Below are positions 1-64,000 of a DNA stretch of 64,000 nt, one piece after another. A program made the position numbers and the translations under genes. Source of the DNA: Tubiluchus corallicola (Eukaryota > Animalia > Priapulida); assembly GCA_030141605.1 (NCBI GenBank), contig JAQGDQ010000451.1, forward strand, positions 1-64,000, read 5' to 3'. Positions within the stretch are counted from its first letter, which is position 1. Each line of letters begins with the position of its first letter. Below the pieces are notes generated by a model. The model saw only the letters and a list, made by a program, of their open reading frames with translations. It had not been told where the DNA came from and searched no databases.

Positions 1-424
1 GGGTGAAGCAACAAATTGCAATTTTGTGACCATAGAGAGTAGAAAGTGGACTTAAAATATCAATTACCTTGTTTCATGCATAATTTAAAATACCCAACTA
101 TCAAGGATACATGATACCTAATTGTCTCAAAAATGCCTAAGTACTGGCCGCTCCTATGCAAAAGTATATAAAAACTGTCTGCAATTGATTCAAATAACTC
201 CGCACAATTGATTCTATATTTTTATACATAGAGATATACACTTGGTTACACTGATGTACGTGATGTAAACAAAGTGACGGCCTGCCAACTAGCGGGCAGC
301 TTGTGAAATAATGTACTGGGTCAGTAAAAAGTTTCTCAACGAATTTTCGCGATTTACAAAAATGGCACTATTGGTCTTCCGAAAACTCGGAATTCCGCGT
401 ATCCGCGGAAAATTCTCATCCCTG
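1..424. mobile_element. hAT MITE, truncated by the window edge (same family as 37007-37527)
   Basis: Highly similar to 37111-37527; ends in the TIR ATTCTCATCCCTG. Confidence 0.85.
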
Positions 425-515
425 GAACTATATCCGATGCTTTTTCAATGAATAAGCAATAACTTTCAGTTCAACTGATCACTAATAACGATCACAGTGA
501 AAGCTAGCCTAGTAC

Positions 516-57919
<57,404 letters not shown>

Positions 57920-57956
57920 CTAAAACACAAAGAAAATGCTAGCAATAACAGCAAGT

Positions 57957-58120
57957 CATTACCTCCGACGAGCAGGCTACGTTTTCATCGCCGCTTGTTT
58001 GTTTGTCTGTCTGTTAGCAGAATTATGCAAAAAGTACTTGACAGATTACCACGGAGTTTTCGGGAGCAGTAACCCTGGGTGGTGCAAGGGACAACTAACA
58101 AACTATTAAATTAAATTATC
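57957..58120 (+). mobile_element. Helentron/HINE-like non-autonomous repeat fragment
   Basis: TTACCTCCG...GTTTTC head followed by (GTTT)(GTCT) microsatellite and GTTAGCAG. Confidence 0.45.
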
Positions 58121-58865
58121 CATATTTAGCAAATAGATGTAACTACATCAAAATGGACTTTATTGCCAACCGGTTTCAAACAAACTGTTCATTGTCAAGG
58201 CATCTAAAACAAAGAAATTTACCAGAATTTAGAAACAACATCAAAATGTAATTCAGTAGTTAGATAGCCAAAAGACATATGATAAACCATTATACAGATA
58301 ATTTAGCAATGTACCTTGCAGATTACAAATCTTGATTGGTATGAAACTATGCTACACTCCATAAACAAACAAACAAATTTGTGGAATTCAGCAACAAAAT
58401 GGCAGCTCCCTAATATTGACAGTTCTGCTACTACTAACATATTTGTTGTTTTTTTTTCTATAACTGATCTTTTTCAAACACTGCTTGAGACTCAATAAAA
58501 ACTATTTTTGGCATTGAGCAACAGTGTGAGTGCACACACTGTACAGGCTAATACACTACTACCTCGGATAGTCATTTTACAAACACATGAAGTAAACAAT
58601 TGAAAAAAGTGACAACAATCAAATCTAGGACAACATAAGTTCCTTTAGCTTCACTTCATAACAGTAATGAACAAAATCAAGATTAGAAGTTCAGCTCAAA
58701 CACAACATCACTACATAATTGTGATTTTACAACAAAATAAAAACCATTGTTCAAAATAGAACACGGTTTGGTTTAAAAACTTAAAAAAACTCCAGAGCCA
58801 TGAACACATGCATTTTTATTAGTGTTTTTAGCAAGGAATAGCTTAAACTGCCACAAAACAAAGTT

Positions 58866-59705
58866 ATGGGCATAACTATTAGTGAAAATGGAAGACAAGC
58901 ACTCTTGCTGGTTGCAGCGTTTCAATGTACAGCAGGAGTTGTTGGTGGTTTACTCTTAATTATAGCAGGTGATTTTTTGCAACACAAACTGGAAAAATAC
59001 CATAATATTATTGGTTCGCATCTGCACAATGCCGAATGGCATTTTGTCTGCTTTGCCGTTACCGGCGTCGCTTTCATGGTCAACTGTATCAACGGCTTCT
59101 CCATTGTAACGCATTTAATGGTACCCGAACAGAGACATCACCGAATATTTGTTTTCAATTTGTATTTGTCTTTTGATATGATCATTTGTTGCATGCCCGG
59201 AATCGTGAGTTTGTCATGCTTTGTTGATATACACTACTTTAGTGTGGCATTCGAAGAAGGAATTTTAGAGTCGATGAAGCTGTACTCAACAAACGACACA
59301 ATTAAGCAAGTGCTGGACGAAATGCAGGTTACTTACAAATGCTGCGGCAGTCACAGCTACCAAGATTGGATGAACTTAACGTCTTACTCAAATTACAATG
59401 ACGACAACGTGTCAGACTTTGCGCAGACTTTCCAACAGGTGCTGCCCTCGAGCTGCTGTGACGAGGAACTCGATTGGGAATGCATGTACGATAATGAAAC
59501 CATGGCAACGATGGGATGTAAGGAGGCTCTCATGGGGTACTTTGGTGACTATCTATTAAAAAGGATAGGTATGCTTGCATTAGCCGTCGCTGTGTTCCGC
59601 GTCTTATCTCTGTGCTGTTTGCGCTTAATTCAGACCTCCATCGTCGAGGCTCTTCTAATAGGAAACCCAACCGCACCAGCAGCCGGATACTTATTCAGAC
59701 TGTAA
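58866..59705 (+). CDS. Peripherin-2/ROM1 (RDS)-like tetraspanin, copy 1; intronless, nested antisense in a PRKDC intron
   Basis: 279-aa ORF with four hydrophobic segments. The large loop has CCG..DW, PSSCC, C and GC. The C-terminal LRLIQTS...GYL resembles the RDS-family LRYLQTS...GWLL motif. Confidence 0.9.
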   Translation: MGITISENGRQALLLVAAFQCTAGVVGGLLLIIAGDFLQHKLEKYHNIIGSHLHNAEWHFVCFAVTGVAFMVNCINGFSIVTHLMVPEQRHHRIFVFNLYLSFDMIICCMPGIVSLSCFVDIHYFSVAFEEGILESMKLYSTNDTIKQVLDEMQVTYKCCGSHSYQDWMNLTSYSNYNDDNVSDFAQTFQQVLPSSCCDEELDWECMYDNETMATMGCKEALMGYFGDYLLKRIGMLALAVAVFRVLSLCCLRLIQTSIVEALLIGNPTAPAAGYLFRL

Positions 59706-60245
59706 AGGTGGAGCATTTTTACGAAATACAATCCAAGACTTAATCTTCAATTTTGGCGTGTTTTTTGGACTCTCCACAGGATTTTGTTGCTTGTTTTTTC
59801 TTTGATTTCTTTCAAAGGTTTAATGCATCCATCCTCCAATCTTCAGCTGTTTGGTGCACTCGCTTCCTCTTACTCTTCTGTACTAGATCACAACTTCCTT
59901 GCCTCCAGCTTTTCACCTTGACACTCTTCATAATAATTTTCTCCATAGATTTTTCTTTATGTTTATCTTACTTTTTTCTTTACAGGCTCAATTCAATTCA
60001 GTTTATTGCAATAATAAAACATAGAAGGACACTGGCAACAGCAACATACACAACAAAACGATAAACTTATACAAGATTTTATGAGACAGAAAACTGCCAT
60101 CTGACGAAGTGTAACAAAAACAAAAGAGCGGGCTTCTTTCTCACGAAATTCCACTTCTGGAAGTTTAAGGTTTTTTGCCAAATATTTAAACGTTCATCCT
60201 ACAGATTTCATTCTCTACACTTCCTTGAAAAATTTTGTTTTTCCT

Positions 60246-60248
<3 letters not shown>

Positions 60249-60317
<69 letters not shown>

Positions 60318-60322
60318 ACTCT
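60249..60322. repeat. (CT)n microsatellite between the two tetraspanin genes
   Basis: Seen directly. Confidence 0.97.
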
Positions 60323-60529
60323 AAACAAAAGTTAGCAAACTAACAGTTAGAAGGCAAGTTGAGTTTAAACTCAATTTCATGACATCATTGTGAGTTTGAA
60401 AAGAACAAATACCATTGTCCTAAAAAGAATGATTTCGTTTCATTTATAAACTAACAAAACTCCAGAGATAAGATACATTTTTATAAGTATTATAATAAAA
60501 AATAGTTTAAAATATCACAAAGTAGAGTT

Positions 60530-61372
60530 ATGGGTATAACAATCAGTGAGAATGGAAGACAAGTACTCTTAATGGTTGCAGCATTTCAGTGTGCAATGGG
60601 AACTGTAGGTGGCTTGTTCCTAATTCTTGCAGGTGACTACATGCAGCGTGAATTAAAAATATACGAAAATGTTCTTGCCTCGCGATTCCATAATGGCGAA
60701 TTCTGGTTCATTTGCTTTTCAGTCACTGGCATCGCTTTCGTTGTCAACTGTCTCCATGGCTTCATCGTCGTAACGGATTCGATGATGCCCGAACTGCGGC
60801 GCGAACGAATGTTTATTTTCAGCTTATACATGTCTATCAGCACGACAATTTGCTTTATGCCCGGTCTCGTGGGCTACTTGTGTTTCATGGATATCGGGTA
60901 TCTTGGCAAAGCACTCGAACAAGGGATTTTCGAATCGATGGAAATGTATCACAAAAACGACACAATCAAACAAGAAATCGACGAACTACAGATGACCTAT
61001 CAGTGCTGTGGTAGCCGAGACCATCAAGACTGGTTTAACATTTCCTCTCACCTAAATCACGACAATTACAACGAATCGAAATCAGCAGGAACTGCTGAAC
61101 ACGTGCTGCCCTCAAGTTGCTGCGGTGAAGAATTTGACGATGAATGCGTGTACGACAACGAGACTGTTAATACACGAGGGTGTAAAGAAGCTCTCATGCA
61201 TTACTTTGGCAATGTTCTGTTAAGAAGCGTAGGCACCATTGCACTAGCAATACTCGTGCTCCATATTTTATCACTCGGCTGTTTCCGATTGATCCAAACT
61301 TCGATAGCGGAAGCACTTTCGACGGGAATTCCAACTACTCCAGCAGTCGGCTACTTATTCAGAGTCGGCTGA
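60530..61372 (+). CDS. Peripherin-2/ROM1 (RDS)-like tetraspanin, copy 2 (tandem paralogue)
   Basis: 280-aa ORF that aligns without gaps to copy 1 and has the same CCG/PSSCC/GC motifs; AATAAA at 61394. Confidence 0.9.
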   Translation: MGITISENGRQVLLMVAAFQCAMGTVGGLFLILAGDYMQRELKIYENVLASRFHNGEFWFICFSVTGIAFVVNCLHGFIVVTDSMMPELRRERMFIFSLYMSISTTICFMPGLVGYLCFMDIGYLGKALEQGIFESMEMYHKNDTIKQEIDELQMTYQCCGSRDHQDWFNISSHLNHDNYNESKSAGTAEHVLPSSCCGEEFDDECVYDNETVNTRGCKEALMHYFGNVLLRSVGTIALAILVLHILSLGCFRLIQTSIAEALSTGIPTTPAVGYLFRVG

Positions 61373-61559
61373 CATCAGCTGCTTCTTTGGACCAATAAAC
61401 AAGAACAAAAAATCCACAATTCAGTCTTTCAGAGTTTAATCTTTCCTTTCTCCTTACTATCTTTAAAGTTTAATTTACTGCACACATTTATACACGTATA
61501 AAATGACCACACGATGAAATAGCAGAAAGTAGTCAACCTTTAATTCTAAATCTGGATGA

Positions 61560-61835
61560 ACGGAGGCACTCCAATACCGATCTAGGAGTTGTGGGTTCCA
61601 GTCCCATTCATGTCGAGGATTTACGAGCTATGCTTCACTCGAATATGACTCTCTGGCTACCTTTCTAAATCTAATTGGCTTCAGTTGAGAATCTGATCAT
61701 TTGCTGGTGGAAGAAAGGTGGCTAAGTGAGACGGGCTAGCCACTTCTTCTCCTTGTGTGCAGTGGATTCGTAAATAGATTCAATAACTATCTATCCCAAC
61801 TTGTCCTCGGGTCGTGAAACCATTTTTTTCTTCTT
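61560..61835 (+). mobile_element. Diverged tRNA-derived SINE
   Basis: TACCGA...GGGTTCCAGTCCCATTCATGTCGAGG aligns with the head of the 33835 SINE; T/TCT tail. Confidence 0.55.
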
Positions 61836-63102
61836 CCCCCGCAAACCTAAGTAAACTCATCAAATGTCAAACAGAAAACTGACTCCCAGTTAGCACCAAC
61901 TGCAATGCAATCAGATTTCTGCAAGGATGCACATGTTTCAGTAACCATAAGTAAGCACAGTAATGCTATATACTTCTACTACAGACACTCTCCTTTTCAA
62001 CTGCAAGCTAGATTTGTGTTAAGCGTACAAATATGCAGGTCCCTGTAGCAAATGAAAAATGTCACGGTAATAATATGCAGATTAAGTTTAAGTTTACCCC
62101 ATCTCTTTTTTTGAAGTTACTGTAGAATAAATGCATACGTAGCAAGTCTCTCACATCCAGTGTGTGTCACTCGTATCTGTAAGTGTTGCCCCGCTTTCAC
62201 GCCCAACGTGTTATTTCTCCAGCATTTAAAATGTTAACAGAATAAGTGAAATTGAATGAATTAAATTTTTAAAAAAATTTATCACTTTGCTCGAGTATGC
62301 CGTGCTGTGGGTAAAATAGTAACAACAATAATAGTAGAAATCCTCGGTTTGTGCAAAATTACCGCAACAAACAGGTAAGCTAAACTTAGCCAAGAGCTCG
62401 TATGCGGCTGTTCTTGTCGACGTTTCTACACACGAATATGTGTAACGAAATTTTCTGATAAAGATGCTAAAACAATTTTTGTTCAGAATTCATAGAAAAT
62501 ATTATGCAATGGCCTGTAAATTTACAAAAACACGTAAAAGCCTATGATGATCTGGCATCTTTATTGAAACTTAAGGGTTTCTATACCGGCTTTGTTTCCA
62601 AATAAGATTAGCAATGACAAAGTTGATAAAGTATCAGAAGTGCTATATGTGAAAGTTCTATGTGTGTCTTTGCATTCCATACGCTGCACGCGCAAACATT
62701 GAAAGTGTTTCTATAATGTAGAATTTTTAAAACCCAAAATCTAATGTTTCAGAACATTGTAATAAGATTTAAAAAGTAGACTTGGTCGTCACTATCATCT
62801 GTAAAAGGGTTAGTTTCTATAGGTGACACCAGGGGTTCCTAAATGCTTCCAAAATGTCCTTAACTGATTGCACTTAGCTGGAACTTTATCGAGGGGGTTG
62901 CTAACCACAGCAAAAAATTCCCCCTTTCTTTTTAGGAAATCTCCTTTTTAGATCTCCGCAAATGGAAAAGAAGTCTGCTTTGGCGACTTTATCCCCACTA
63001 AAGTATTATTTCAAATGTTACACAACGTACTGGGCCAAAACAACCTGAGGTCAGGTCTGAACAAACAGTGGGATTCCATCGTATATATTAATTTCAGTGG
63101 TA

Positions 63103-63700
63103 ATCTATATATATATATATATATATGGATATATAGCCGACGAGGCTACAGTTGCGATGACCGCACCATTTTCGACGATCCATACATCAAACAAAAAGTC
63201 TCCACCAATAGGTTCGCACCTGGGGGTTTAACCTTCGAATTGGGCTCACTGGAAAGAACGGGGGGAAAAAACCTCCAAAATAGGTCATTTTTTGCTCGTT
63301 TTTGCAAAACTTACATACCTGTTATTTCTAGAGAACGGGAATGTGCCGGGGACGGTGCCAGTAATGGTTAGATAGCCCGTTCAATGCTGGGTGTAACGGT
63401 CATATTTAGATTGAGCGGGAGAGCCACTAATACCTGCTACGGGCATTTTCCCAGATCCCACTCCGGATTTTTTTGAATTTTTGGCCAAACAGCCTGTAGA
63501 AAAAACATTCTAGCAGTGCCTGGTGGGACTCTTGGGTAAACAGGGCTACACGTTGATCTGGGCTGCATTTTAGAACGCTTCTACTGTGAGGAGCTGCGAC
63601 GAGTTGATTGGAGGTTCCATTTCGAGCGATTTTCGCTTGGAAAACTGCTGACGCAAAGTCATTGTTCTGACATCATCTGTTATAGTCTGCTTATAACCTT
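63103..63700 (+). mobile_element. Possible Helitron-like repeat (right boundary uncertain)
   Basis: Begins A|TCTATATATA with an abrupt shift to higher GC; no 3' CTRR end confirmed. Confidence 0.3.
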
Positions 63701-64000
63701 ATAATTTTAATTCAGTAAAAAGCTGCTGCTGGCTTTGCGTTATAAGTGAGGACTATGTAGGGTGTTCGCATATTATTGATTATAAGTGCATTTATATGCA
63801 AAATTTTTAGCGGGGCCTTTGCTAGTCATACTGTTGTTGTTTTAAATGCCTGTATAATGCTTATGGCTTGAATTCTAGAGCGTTGCTTTCTAAATATTAA
63901 AATTTGTCAATAACTGCTTGAAAACATCCAAAGAATGTGGCTGAAGCGTTGCAGAACTGATATTTAACAAAAAAGTTGTGAAAGACAAGAATTTTTGTTC

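Noticed and set aside
57920-64000. Next upstream PRKDC exon (expected IxGYG motif)
   Set aside because: Not found by eye; it probably lies beyond the window.

Overview
AT-rich animal (invertebrate-type) genomic DNA. The minus strand carries the middle of a large spliced gene, PRKDC (DNA-PKcs). I traced 43 consecutive GT-AG exons from 57919 down to 516. Their phases are compatible and they join into one open frame of 6140 nt (~2046 aa), matching roughly residues 370-2430 of human DNA-PKcs as recalled. Both gene ends lie outside the window. The intron upstream of the first visible exon holds two tandem intronless plus-strand tetraspanins of the peripherin-2/ROM1 (RDS) type. The introns are dense with MITEs (hAT, Tc2/pogo, Tigger-like, piggyBac-like, Kolobok-like, ISL2EU-like), LINE and SINE fragments, and mini- and microsatellites. 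The most unusual observations are four: (1) a 22-copy 44-bp array made from an exon end plus its 5' splice site, in which each unit is also a complete GT...CAG micro-intron; (2) a degenerate type-I hammerhead ribozyme fold; (3) a cryptic two-exon mini-gene encoding a 43-aa hydrophobic peptide; (4) a 72-bp minisatellite whose units are in-phase, stop-free potential exons. All homology calls rest on recalled motifs; no database searches were run.
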